A stretch of 64,000 nt of DNA from Oscillospiraceae bacterium (GTDB taxonomy: Bacteria; Bacillota; Clostridia; Oscillospirales; CAG-272): NCBI GenBank assembly GCA_015064735.1, contig SVRP01000003.1:78248-142247 (forward strand). The letters run 5' to 3'. How positions within the stretch are numbered: the first letter of the stretch is position 1; every line of letters starts with the position of its first letter. Both the position numbers and the translations under genes were made by a program. A model generated the notes under the pieces. The model was not told where the DNA came from. It worked only from the letters and a program-made list of their open reading frames with translations, and searched no databases. This document shows, in pieces, positions 46,508-55,324 of the stretch.

Positions 46508-47851
46508 ATGACATCGACCAAGAAAAAGCATCGCATATTCGGCAGCTTTTTTAAGAATACAGTTGACCTCTCGGATACTCAGGGTCGGGTGCTGAACCGT
46601 TTTACTTACAGCATTGTTACTACGACTATGATCTGCATGCTCGGCATAATGCTCTTTTACGTGTTTGCTCTCGCGTCCATGTATCACAATCAGCAAAGCG
46701 GTCCTGCTCTTTGGCTCCTTTCTATTTTTTCGGATTTCGTTGAAATTATGAACTTCTCCTTGGACGAGACACCCTATATAATGGGTGAGGGCGCAGGCTC
46801 ATCGTACCCCCCCATAGCCATTATAATTCTTTATCCCTTTGCGCTGATATGCAAAAACGTATTCGCTCAGTATGCCCACGAAGCAATGGACATAGACACT
46901 CTTACATCTCTCGTGGTTCGCCACGTTGAATTCTGGATAGCTATCGTTCTTTTCTTCCTTGTCTGTATCACCGCTATCGTAGTTCTTGCTTCAAAAATAG
47001 GAAGGTTCGGTCCTATCCCGTCATTGAAGCTGTCGCTTATAATATGCTGTTCTTCTCCTTTTGTCTATGCTATAATGAGAGGAAATACCATTTATTTCGC
47101 TCTTATTTTCGTTCTTCTGTTCTTGCTTTTTTACAACTCAGACAAGCCTGTTCTCAGAGAAATAGCCTATATTTCCCTTGCAATTGCGGGTGCCATTAAG
47201 ATATACCCTCTGTTCTTCGGTGTGCTTTTGTTAAGAAAGAGAAGGTTTTTCTCCACCGCAAGAGTTGCGATTTATTTCATTATTATATTCTTTTTATCAT
47301 TCAAGTTCTTCCCCGAACAGCAGGGAGCGATGAATTCCTTCAGCGAAAATCTGCAAGGATTCATGTTCGATCCGGAGAGACTCGCCTGCTTCAGAAATCT
47401 GTCTATTACCGCAATGCTTTACAAGCTGGTATCTCTCTTCTCCCCTCTTGCTGCCGAGAGTCTTGCTTTCCATATTGTCAACATAGCGCTTCTTGCCACA
47501 GTATTTACACTGTCGGTCATTACCGCTCTTTATACCCGTTCTGATTTTTCAAGATTGGTTATTTGCTTTACTATAATTATTCTTATACCCTCTGTAACCT
47601 ATTTCTACGTTCTTATATTTGCAATAATTCCCTTTATTGAATATTTGAGAAGCTATGACAGGCTTGACAGAAAAACGCAAAGGCTATACGGCTTTATGTT
47701 TATGTTCCTCCTGCTGACACCTCTGCTTCTCCCCTTGATATATCTGCCCCACGCCATTGTGGTTCTCTTTATGGCATGCCGCGAGATATATAAAGTCATA
47801 AAATATGAGCTTATTGCCGATGTAAGAGAAAAAAAGGCTTTGGCACAATGA
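46508..47851 (+). CDS. Polytopic membrane protein, possibly a GT-C-type (DUF2029-like) glycosyltransferase
   Basis: About 12 predicted TM helices are present. A conserved-looking IKIYPLFFGVLLLRKRRF segment is visible. I chose the start MTSTKKKHRIF. The functional call is tentative. Confidence 0.45.
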   Translation: MTSTKKKHRIFGSFFKNTVDLSDTQGRVLNRFTYSIVTTTMICMLGIMLFYVFALASMYHNQQSGPALWLLSIFSDFVEIMNFSLDETPYIMGEGAGSSYPPIAIIILYPFALICKNVFAQYAHEAMDIDTLTSLVVRHVEFWIAIVLFFLVCITAIVVLASKIGRFGPIPSLKLSLIICCSSPFVYAIMRGNTIYFALIFVLLFLLFYNSDKPVLREIAYISLAIAGAIKIYPLFFGVLLLRKRRFFSTARVAIYFIIIFFLSFKFFPEQQGAMNSFSENLQGFMFDPERLACFRNLSITAMLYKLVSLFSPLAAESLAFHIVNIALLATVFTLSVITALYTRSDFSRLVICFTIIILIPSVTYFYVLIFAIIPFIEYLRSYDRLDRKTQRLYGFMFMFLLLTPLLLPLIYLPHAIVVLFMACREIYKVIKYELIADVREKKALAQ

Positions 47852-47982
47852 AACGTTTTGGCACGCGCCGTTCAAAGTAGGACGGCGCGTATCTTTTATA
47901 TTTATTTTGCTTGACATTTCTTGAATTATTTGTTATAATATAATGTGGAGTATAGTTTGAAAGTGAGGCGCTGCGAAGAGCT

Positions 47983-49020
47983 ATGAAAACTTTTTTTAGT
48001 TTAGTTGCGGGAAATGATGCTCTGCGTACCCGTTTTGGAACAGACATACTTAATTCTTCCCTGCCTCACGCCTTTATAATTGAAGGTCCGAGAGGTACGG
48101 GAAAGCACACTGTTGCGCGGTCGGTTGCCGCCGCTCTCGTTTGCGAGAACAAGGACGATCCACAGAAGCCCCTTCCCTGTCTTTGCTGCCGTTCTTGCAG
48201 AATGGTCATGGAAAATAAAGCTCCCGACGTAATAACCGTTGGCAAGGAGGAAGGAAAGTCTACCATCGGCGTTGACTCTGCCCGTTTTATACGTGAGGAC
48301 GTGCGGATCGTTCCAAACGATTTCGAACACAAAATATATATCATAGAAGATGCGGAAAAGATGACCCCTCAAGCGCAAAATGCTCTTTTGCTTACTCTTG
48401 AGGAACCGCCAAAGTACGTACACTTCTTACTTTTGTGCGAAAGCTCAGACAGCCTTCTTGAAACTATAAAAAGCCGGGCTCCAATAGTTCGTACCGAGCT
48501 TTTGTCCACAGAAAAGATCGACGGGTATCTTTGCTCAGTTGACCGGCGCGCTTCGCAAATGAAGCTTTCGGACCCCAAGGGTTACGCTGAGCTTCTCACC
48601 GCATCAGAATCGGGCGGTATCGGCAAAGCCCTTGAATTTCTCGACGGCAGGGCTTTTGCACCGCTGAAGCAAAAAAGAGAGCTCGTTCTCGATATTGTCT
48701 GTCGCAGTATAAAAGGCAAAGGAGCCCCCGAAACTGTTCCTGCTCTGCTCCGACTTTCTCAAAAGCGAGAGGTCCTTTCAGAACAGCTTTTGCTTTTATC
48801 TGATGCCATTCGCGATCTTATACTTCTCAAGAGAAGCGATTCTCCGAGGCTTTCGTTTTTCTCGGACAGAGAGCTTGCAATGGAGCTTTCGGACAAGGTG
48901 TCTATCTCATTTTTGTACATCTTTGAGGAAGCCGTGCACACTGCTATAGACGAATTGAAAAAAAGTGCAAACGTAAAGCTTTGCATAACAAATATGGCTA
49001 TAAGAGCCAATATACTTTAA
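47983..49020 (+). CDS. holB: DNA polymerase III delta' subunit
   Basis: HAFIIEGPRGTGKHT, the zinc module CLCCRSC and LLLTLEEPP are present. Confidence 0.85.
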   Translation: MKTFFSLVAGNDALRTRFGTDILNSSLPHAFIIEGPRGTGKHTVARSVAAALVCENKDDPQKPLPCLCCRSCRMVMENKAPDVITVGKEEGKSTIGVDSARFIREDVRIVPNDFEHKIYIIEDAEKMTPQAQNALLLTLEEPPKYVHFLLLCESSDSLLETIKSRAPIVRTELLSTEKIDGYLCSVDRRASQMKLSDPKGYAELLTASESGGIGKALEFLDGRAFAPLKQKRELVLDIVCRSIKGKGAPETVPALLRLSQKREVLSEQLLLLSDAIRDLILLKRSDSPRLSFFSDRELAMELSDKVSISFLYIFEEAVHTAIDELKKSANVKLCITNMAIRANIL

Positions 49021-49063
49021 CGATACCGGAATACTACGTGATCAATCTCGAAAGGAAAGATAA

Positions 49064-50434
49064 ATGGAAAACGAAAACAAGACCAACGATCAGCCCCACC
49101 ACAAGAAAAAGCCTTATCATAAGCGCAAGGGGTATTTCATAGATCCTAACGCACATGCACAAAAGAGCGCTTCTGCTGAGGGGATGCAGCCAAATGCAAA
49201 GCATGAAGGAAATAAGCAAATAAATCAAAGCAAACAGGATAAAAAGCCTAACGGCAACGCAAATGCACAGCGAGAAAAGCCTCGGGAGCAGGAAAATCAG
49301 TCCGCTCCTCAGGGTCAGCCCAGCAATCCTAACGCTAAAAAGCACAGTAAGTACAACAAGCATAAAAATAAGAACAAAAATAATCAGGCGCAGAAGTTAA
49401 CCGATAAGGATGATGCTCAACTGCAAGACCGCCACGGGCAATCCGCGCCCCAAAAGAAGCAGGAAAAGCCTCAGGAGGCTCCGTCCGCTCCCGTATTCAA
49501 CTCAGACGACTACGAGGAGGTTCGCTTCCCTGCCGCTTCGACAGACAAAACCGCAGACACCGTTGAAGCGGAGGAGCCTGTCGCGATGGTTGAGGTTGTC
49601 GGTATAAGATTCAAGAGTTCAGGCAAGGTATATTATTTTCTTCCTGACGGCAAGACCTTCCACAGAGGTCAACATGCAATTGTTGAAACCTCACGAGGCC
49701 AGGAATACGGAGAGGTTGCCATGGGAAACAAAGAGGTAAAGGAAACCGATACGGTTCCCCCTCTGCGCTCGGTCATCCGCATAGCAACCGAGGCTGACAC
49801 GGTTCACCACAAAGAAAACAAGCAAAAGGAAGAAGATGCCTTCCGAATTTGCAACGAGAAGATAATTACTCACGGTCTCGATATGAAGCTTATTGATGCC
49901 CAGTACACCTTTGATAACTCAAAGCTTCTTTTCTATTTTACATCGTCGGGGCGAGTAGACTTCCGCGATCTTGTAAAGGATCTCGCGTCTGTATTCAGAA
50001 CGAGAATTGAGCTCCGTCAGATTGGTATCAGAGATGAAGCCAAGCTTATGGGTGGTATGGGAATGTGCGGCAGACCTCTCTGCTGTACGCTCTTCCTTTC
50101 GGATTTCGGTCAGGTATCTATAAAGATGGCGAAGGAACAAAATCTATCGCTCAATTCTGCGAAGATATCGGGTATATGCGGCAGACTTATGTGCTGTCTG
50201 CGCTACGAGCACGAGGTTTACGAATATGAAATAAAGAGAACGCCTCCCGTCGATGCTCTCGTTCACACAGCCGACGGAAACGGAACCGTTACAGAAATAA
50301 ATCCCCTTCTCGGGACCGTAAAGGTTCGTCTTACAGCTTCTCCCGATACTCCTCCCAAGCTCTACAAGCGTGAGGACGTGGTCATGCTTCAAAAAAAGCA
50401 TAATAAGGATGCGGAAGCAGCCGATAAGGAATAA
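49064..50434 (+). CDS. ricT: PSP1-domain protein (RicT/YaaT) with a 174-aa low-complexity N-terminal extension
   Basis: The core from M175 reads MVEVVGIRFKSSGKVYYF...GRPLCCTLFLSDF...ICGRLMCCLRYEH. The gene order holB-ricT is the standard one. Confidence 0.8.
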   Translation: MENENKTNDQPHHKKKPYHKRKGYFIDPNAHAQKSASAEGMQPNAKHEGNKQINQSKQDKKPNGNANAQREKPREQENQSAPQGQPSNPNAKKHSKYNKHKNKNKNNQAQKLTDKDDAQLQDRHGQSAPQKKQEKPQEAPSAPVFNSDDYEEVRFPAASTDKTADTVEAEEPVAMVEVVGIRFKSSGKVYYFLPDGKTFHRGQHAIVETSRGQEYGEVAMGNKEVKETDTVPPLRSVIRIATEADTVHHKENKQKEEDAFRICNEKIITHGLDMKLIDAQYTFDNSKLLFYFTSSGRVDFRDLVKDLASVFRTRIELRQIGIRDEAKLMGGMGMCGRPLCCTLFLSDFGQVSIKMAKEQNLSLNSAKISGICGRLMCCLRYEHEVYEYEIKRTPPVDALVHTADGNGTVTEINPLLGTVKVRLTASPDTPPKLYKREDVVMLQKKHNKDAEAADKE

Positions 50435-50658
50435 CAGGCAAAGGGGCTGTCACATTTGGCAAGACCGAAAAAGCCCGAACAACCAATAAAAAAACAAAAT
50501 GCGATATGAATTCGCAAATGAGACAACAATTGGTTGATTTTCTTCGAAAATCTTCATTTCTATGGACTTTTTCTACCGCCGTTTTCGGGGCTCGACGTAC
50601 CTTTGTACGCCTCACGCCCCGAAAATCGACGCTTCTTGCCTAAATCTGACTATCCCCC

Positions 50659-50703
50659 AAAAAGGGGCTGTCTCAAATGAAAATTTGAGACAGCCCCTTT
50701 TTT
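50659..50703. terminator. Bidirectional terminator between ricT and the 94-aa gene
   Basis: AAAAA-GGGGCTGTCTCAAAT-gaaa-ATTTGAGACAGCCCC-TTTTTT. Confidence 0.85.
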
Positions 50704-50707
50704 AAAT

Positions 50708-50992
50708 TCAGTCCTCTTTACGGCACTCGTGGTCAAGCCAGATAACTCCGAGGTTAAATGCCTCATAAAGTCCCTTGCCGGCACCCTGACGGATTATCTT
50801 ACTCTGATCCTTAGAATCGACTACCTGAATGAGTATCTTATCGGGAAGCTCATCCTTATAAGTCATGATCTCCAAAATGAGAATACACTTCTCGTTCATA
50901 TCTCCATAGCAGATTGTATTTTCCTCACGTACCAACGGCCATCCACGGTATTCGAGATACTTTCCGCTTACCAAATTCTTTGCTTCTGCCAT
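50708..50992 (-). CDS. Hypothetical 94-aa protein
   Basis: The ORF follows folC with its own terminator. I recognise no motif. Confidence 0.55.
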   Translation of the reverse strand: MAEAKNLVSGKYLEYRGWPLVREENTICYGDMNEKCILILEIMTYKDELPDKILIQVVDSKDQSKIIRQGAGKGLYEAFNLGVIWLDHECRKED

Positions 50993-51109
50993 TTTTTGCC
51001 CCTCTCTTTCGTACTAATATGTAAATTCAAGTATAATCACCTTATTATTATATCACACAAAAGAGCCAAAGTCAAGTTGATTTTTGCTATTTTATTTTAC
51101 GCTCAGAGC

Positions 51110-52378
51110 TCATATCCCCATTTCGTCTGCAAGGGATGCATAAACGTAAAGGGAGCCGAGGCATATAAGAGGAACACCGTCCTGCTTTGCGGAGTTTTTT
51201 GCAGCCGTAAGTGCTTCCTTTAAGGTATCGTATGCCTTTGCATCTATTCCCTTTTTTGTGAGAGTTTCGGCATACTCCTTTGAAGAAAGGGCTCTTGGGC
51301 TGTCGGGAGTCAGGGTGAATGCTTTACTTGCTACGCTTGAAAGATCCTCGGCTATCGCTGAATAGTCCTTATCGCGGAGCACTCCCGTAAGCAAGTAAAC
51401 CTTTTTATCTCCGAAATATGTCCTTATGCTTTCAACCGCCGAGCTTATTCCCTGAGGGTTATGAGCACCGTCGAATATCATGAGAGGATCGCGGGAGATG
51501 ATCTCAAAGCGCCCTCTCCATTTTGCCCCCGAAAGTCCTTCTCTCAAATTGGATTCGGTGATATTCAAGCCTCTGCTTTTCAATATTTCCACGGCATTGA
51601 TTACAACAGATGCGTTCCTCGGCTGATACATTCCGAGAAGTCCTATTTTCATATTCACATACTTTCCGTAATTAAATACCGTTCCATCAAGGCTCGGATT
51701 CACTTCTGTCAGCTTATTATAGTCAACTCGGTAATATGCCGAGCCTTTTTCTTTTGCAACGGTCTCGATAATCTCCGCTGCCGAATCATCCGTTCCACCA
51801 AAAAGTACCGGAGCGTTATCCTTTATTATCCCCGCTTTTTCTGCGGCAATTTTTTCTACGGTATCACCCAGAAACGCCGTATGGTCAAGGGCAATTCCCG
51901 TAATTACGGAAAGGAGAGGCGAACGGATAATATTTGTAGAGTCAAGTCTGCCACCCATTCCCGCTTCGAGCACTACCACGTCGCAATTATGTCTCTTAAA
52001 ATACTCAAAGGCAATTGCTGTTATAAGCTCAAATTCCGTTGGTTTATCTGTCATACTGTCTGCAATCGGCTTTACGTATTCGCAAAGCTCTGCAAGCTCG
52101 CCGTCTGATATTGGCTCTCTATTTACACACATTCTTTCATTGAAAAAGCGTATGTAGGGAGACGTATAAAGACCTACGCAAAGACCGCTTTCCATAAGTA
52201 CCGAATTAAGCATAGAACAAAAGGAGCCTTTTCCGTTCGTTCCGGCTACGTGTATGAATTTTAGATTGTTCTGTGGATTACCAAGCTTCTCGCAAAGCTC
52301 TCCTATGCGTTCAAGTCCCGGCTTACAGAACGTCCAGCTTACGGAATGTATATATTCAAGGGCTTCGGTATAAGTCAT
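51110..52378 (-). CDS. folC: Folylpolyglutamate synthase / dihydrofolate synthase
   Basis: The P-loop reads HVAGTNGKGS. The Mur-ligase layout is present. The gene overlaps the folT stop. Confidence 0.9.
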   Translation of the reverse strand: MTYTEALEYIHSVSWTFCKPGLERIGELCEKLGNPQNNLKFIHVAGTNGKGSFCSMLNSVLMESGLCVGLYTSPYIRFFNERMCVNREPISDGELAELCEYVKPIADSMTDKPTEFELITAIAFEYFKRHNCDVVVLEAGMGGRLDSTNIIRSPLLSVITGIALDHTAFLGDTVEKIAAEKAGIIKDNAPVLFGGTDDSAAEIIETVAKEKGSAYYRVDYNKLTEVNPSLDGTVFNYGKYVNMKIGLLGMYQPRNASVVINAVEILKSRGLNITESNLREGLSGAKWRGRFEIISRDPLMIFDGAHNPQGISSAVESIRTYFGDKKVYLLTGVLRDKDYSAIAEDLSSVASKAFTLTPDSPRALSSKEYAETLTKKGIDAKAYDTLKEALTAAKNSAKQDGVPLICLGSLYVYASLADEMGI

Positions 52379-52932
52379 ATTTTCTCCTTGTCGCTATTAG
52401 TGTATCCAACGATACGGCTGAATGATTTTCTGCTGAAAAGCACGCAGATAAGAATTATTTCAAGGGGAGCTATTACGAAATACAGGGGAATTCTGAAAAG
52501 CACTGCCCATGAATAAAACTGAAAAAGTCCTATGGGCTTTATTATCATTGAGCCGACAATATGGGCGAGTCCTCCCGATATTATTATCTGTCCTTTTCCT
52601 TTTTTACGAACGACGTATTTCGACATTACCCCCGATACGACCCCTACGGAAATAGCGCCTACCGTTACAATGAGATTAGGCGGGTATATCTGCGCGGAAA
52701 ACAGGTAGCTCAACAGGTCGGATGCCGCCCCTATTATGCCGCCTATAACAGGTCCGAAAAGCAACCCTCCCATAATTATTGGAAGATTTTCAAAGGTTAC
52801 TCTGAAAAGTCCTCCCCCAAAATTAAGGAAATTCTTACACAGAATTCCAATTACGACACTCATCGCCGTCAGCATTGCCGCAATTGTCATTGATTTTATG
52901 TTTTCGGTTGCTCTTTTTCTTTTTTTTAACAT
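52375..52932 (-). CDS. folT: Folate-family ECF transporter S component
   Basis: A 185-aa membrane protein beginning MTIAAMLTAMSVVIG...FRVTFENLPIIMGG. It is preceded by a THF riboswitch and followed by folC. Confidence 0.75.
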   Translation of the reverse strand: MLKKRKRATENIKSMTIAAMLTAMSVVIGILCKNFLNFGGGLFRVTFENLPIIMGGLLFGPVIGGIIGAASDLLSYLFSAQIYPPNLIVTVGAISVGVVSGVMSKYVVRKKGKGQIIISGGLAHIVGSMIIKPIGLFQFYSWAVLFRIPLYFVIAPLEIILICVLFSRKSFSRIVGYTNSDKEKI

Positions 52933-52999
52933 AAAAATCCTCCTTTCCTCAACTACATATGGTCAAAGGAAAAGAGGTTTTCTCCTATTGCTTTGCCGT

Positions 53000-53098
53000 A
53001 TGAAGCGGGATGCAAAATATAAGCCGCAAGACTTCTCTTTTCGTCCCATCGGCAACTCCCCGTCCGACAGGCACTTAACGCTTATATTTTTACTCTTC
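53000..53098 (-). promoter_or_regulatory. THF (tetrahydrofolate) riboswitch
   Basis: The minus strand reads GAAGAGTAAAAATATAAGCGTTAAGTGCCTGTCGGACGGGGAGTTGCCGATGGGACGAAAAGAGAAGTCTTGCGGCTTATATTTTGCATCCCGCTTC. It shares the GAGUA, GCGUUAAGUG, GGGA, ACGAA, GCGG and UUGCAUCCxGCU elements with the THF-I consensus as I remember it. Confidence 0.75.
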
Positions 53099-53213
53099 TA
53101 CACAAATTCTTGCATCATCTCTGCAAAAAATATTATATACCATATTCCTCGCGGTGTCAATGCTTTTTTTAAAAGAACTGCTTCATTTTTGAAGCAGTTC
53201 TTTTGGTAATTGA

Positions 53214-54179
53214 TTATGCCCAGCTCATTGTGGTAGGCTTTTCCTCATAAATTACGATATCCTTAAGGAAATCTACTGCCTTACGAAGTCCTTCATCGAT
53301 AGACATTACGCTATCCTCGTGCTCGATAGAAAGAACCTTATCGTATCCGCACAGACGGAGATTGGAAACGAGGTCTCTCCAATAGCTTTCGTTATTGCCG
53401 TATCCTACGGTACGGAATACCCATGCTCTTTCAAGCTCAAGTCCGTAGTGCTTGGTATCAAGCACGCCGTTCTTTGCCGTGTTATACTTATCGATCTTTG
53501 TATCCTTTGCGTGTACGTGGTAGATAGCGCCCTTAAGCTCGCGGATAGCCGCTACGGGATCCATTCCCTGCCAGATAAGGTGTGAGGGGTCAAAGTTTGC
53601 GCCGATTACGTCGCCCACTGCCGCGCGGAGTTTAAGAAGGGTCTCGGGATTGTATACGCAGAAGCCGGGGTGCATTTCGAATGCAACCTTTACACCGTGA
53701 GCCTTTGCGAAGGCACCTTCCTCCTGCCAATAAGGAATGACCTTTTCATTCCACTGCCAATCAAGTATAGCAAGGAAATCCTCAGGCCAAGGACAGGTTA
53801 CCCAGTTGGGATACTTTGCTCCCTCGTGGTCGCCGGGACATCCGGAGAAGGTAATGACGGTATCGACTCCGAGCTTTTCTGCAAGGAGAACTGCCGCTCT
53901 GAAGTCCTTATCGTACTGCTCCGCTATTGCTTTATCGGGGTGGAGAGCGTTTCCGTGAGCCGCAAGTGCGCAGATCTCTACGTCATACTTCTTGAAGGTT
54001 GCTACAAATTCATCGAACTTCTTGCCGTCAGCAAGCAGCTCCTCGGGGTTACAGTGAGCCTTTCCGGGATATCCGCCCGCTCCGATCTCTACCGTATGCA
54101 CACCAAGACCCGTAAGTATCTTTAAGGTCTCGTCAAGAGATTTAGCTCCGTACAAATTTGCAAGTACACTAAGTTTCAT
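53214..54179 (-). CDS. Xylose-isomerase-like TIM-barrel sugar phosphate isomerase/epimerase
   Basis: VAFEMHPG and SIEHED motifs are present. I prefer the ATG at 54179 (MKLSVLANLYG) over the TTG at 54197. Confidence 0.75.
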   Translation of the reverse strand: MKLSVLANLYGAKSLDETLKILTGLGVHTVEIGAGGYPGKAHCNPEELLADGKKFDEFVATFKKYDVEICALAAHGNALHPDKAIAEQYDKDFRAAVLLAEKLGVDTVITFSGCPGDHEGAKYPNWVTCPWPEDFLAILDWQWNEKVIPYWQEEGAFAKAHGVKVAFEMHPGFCVYNPETLLKLRAAVGDVIGANFDPSHLIWQGMDPVAAIRELKGAIYHVHAKDTKIDKYNTAKNGVLDTKHYGLELERAWVFRTVGYGNNESYWRDLVSNLRLCGYDKVLSIEHEDSVMSIDEGLRKAVDFLKDIVIYEEKPTTMSWA

Positions 54180-54210
54180 GATTAAAAATCCTTTCAAAAT
54201 TTTATTTTTT

Positions 54211-55137
54211 TTATATTTCCATTTCCATAAGCCGCTTATTAAATTCCTCAGCGGTATTATATCCCATCTTCTTCTGGCGGTTATTCATTGCCGCTACCTC
54301 TAAAATAATTGACAGGTTTCTGCCGGGATGCACGGGAATAGTAAGGGACGGAATCTTTATACCTAAAATATCCATATATTCCTCATCAAGTCCGAATCTG
54401 TCGTAAAGCTTCTCGGGATCCCAATGCTCAAGATTTATTACCATGTCTATTCTTTCGGTCGCCTTTACCGCTCCCATACCGAATATTCTGCGAACGTCCA
54501 CTATGCCTATACCGCGAAGCTCTATATAGTAACGGATAAGCTCGGGAGCGCTTCCTACCAGTGTTTTTGCGGACACCTTCTTTATCTCTACCGCATCGTC
54601 GGCTATAAGACGGTGGCCTCTTTTTACAAGCTCTATCGCCGTTTCGCTCTTTCCTATTCCGCTGTCTCCGAGGATGAGCATACCTTCACCGTACACCTCA
54701 ACGAGAACACCGTGTCTGGTTATTCTCGGCGCAAGACTGGTATTAAGAGAAGCTATAAGCGCTGCCATAAAATAGCTGGTTCTGTCAACTGTTCTCAAAA
54801 GAGGAACACCCCACTCTTGCGCATGGGATCTCATTTCCTCATAAATGTCAAGCTTACTTGTAACTATAACCGCAACAGGCTTCATCTTAAAAAATTTCTC
54901 AAGACGTATATTCCTTTGAGCCCTTGACATCTCCGAAAGATATTTATGCTCAGCTTTTCCTATAATCTGAATTCTGAAGGGTTCAAAAACCTCTACAAAT
55001 CCCGTAAATGCCAAACCGGGACGGCTTACCTCGGGGCTATGTATTTCGGTATTTTCACCGTTCTCGGGCATGTATATCTCCTCGAGCTGAAATTCTTTTA
55101 TTATGTCGCTTAACGGAATGCTGTACTTTGTTTCCAT
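54211..55137 (-). CDS. hprK: HPr kinase/phosphorylase
   Basis: Walker A reads LGDSGIGKSE. The signature ELRGIGIVDV is present. Confidence 0.95.
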   Translation of the reverse strand: METKYSIPLSDIIKEFQLEEIYMPENGENTEIHSPEVSRPGLAFTGFVEVFEPFRIQIIGKAEHKYLSEMSRAQRNIRLEKFFKMKPVAVIVTSKLDIYEEMRSHAQEWGVPLLRTVDRTSYFMAALIASLNTSLAPRITRHGVLVEVYGEGMLILGDSGIGKSETAIELVKRGHRLIADDAVEIKKVSAKTLVGSAPELIRYYIELRGIGIVDVRRIFGMGAVKATERIDMVINLEHWDPEKLYDRFGLDEEYMDILGIKIPSLTIPVHPGRNLSIILEVAAMNNRQKKMGYNTAEEFNKRLMEMEI

Positions 55138-55324
55138 ACCTTCCTCCGATATTGAATATATCTCATTATATCACACTTTCTCCTTATTTGGAAGAATTTT
55201 TTTAAACTTTTAGAATTTTTCTTCAAATTTTTCCAAAGTTTGTTTTATTCACACTATCGTAATAAAGTTATTGTATAATATTATATTGAATATTTGTATT
55301 TACTTTAGCTATGAGGTTTGATAT

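Noticed and set aside
50435-50660. Whether the ricT-downstream region, or 23700-24100, is a known housekeeping RNA (SRP/4.5S, 6S or tmRNA).
   Set aside because: I could not find SRP domain-IV or tmRNA tag-region signatures. 6S RNA cannot be excluded by eye, but the size and architecture do not fit well.
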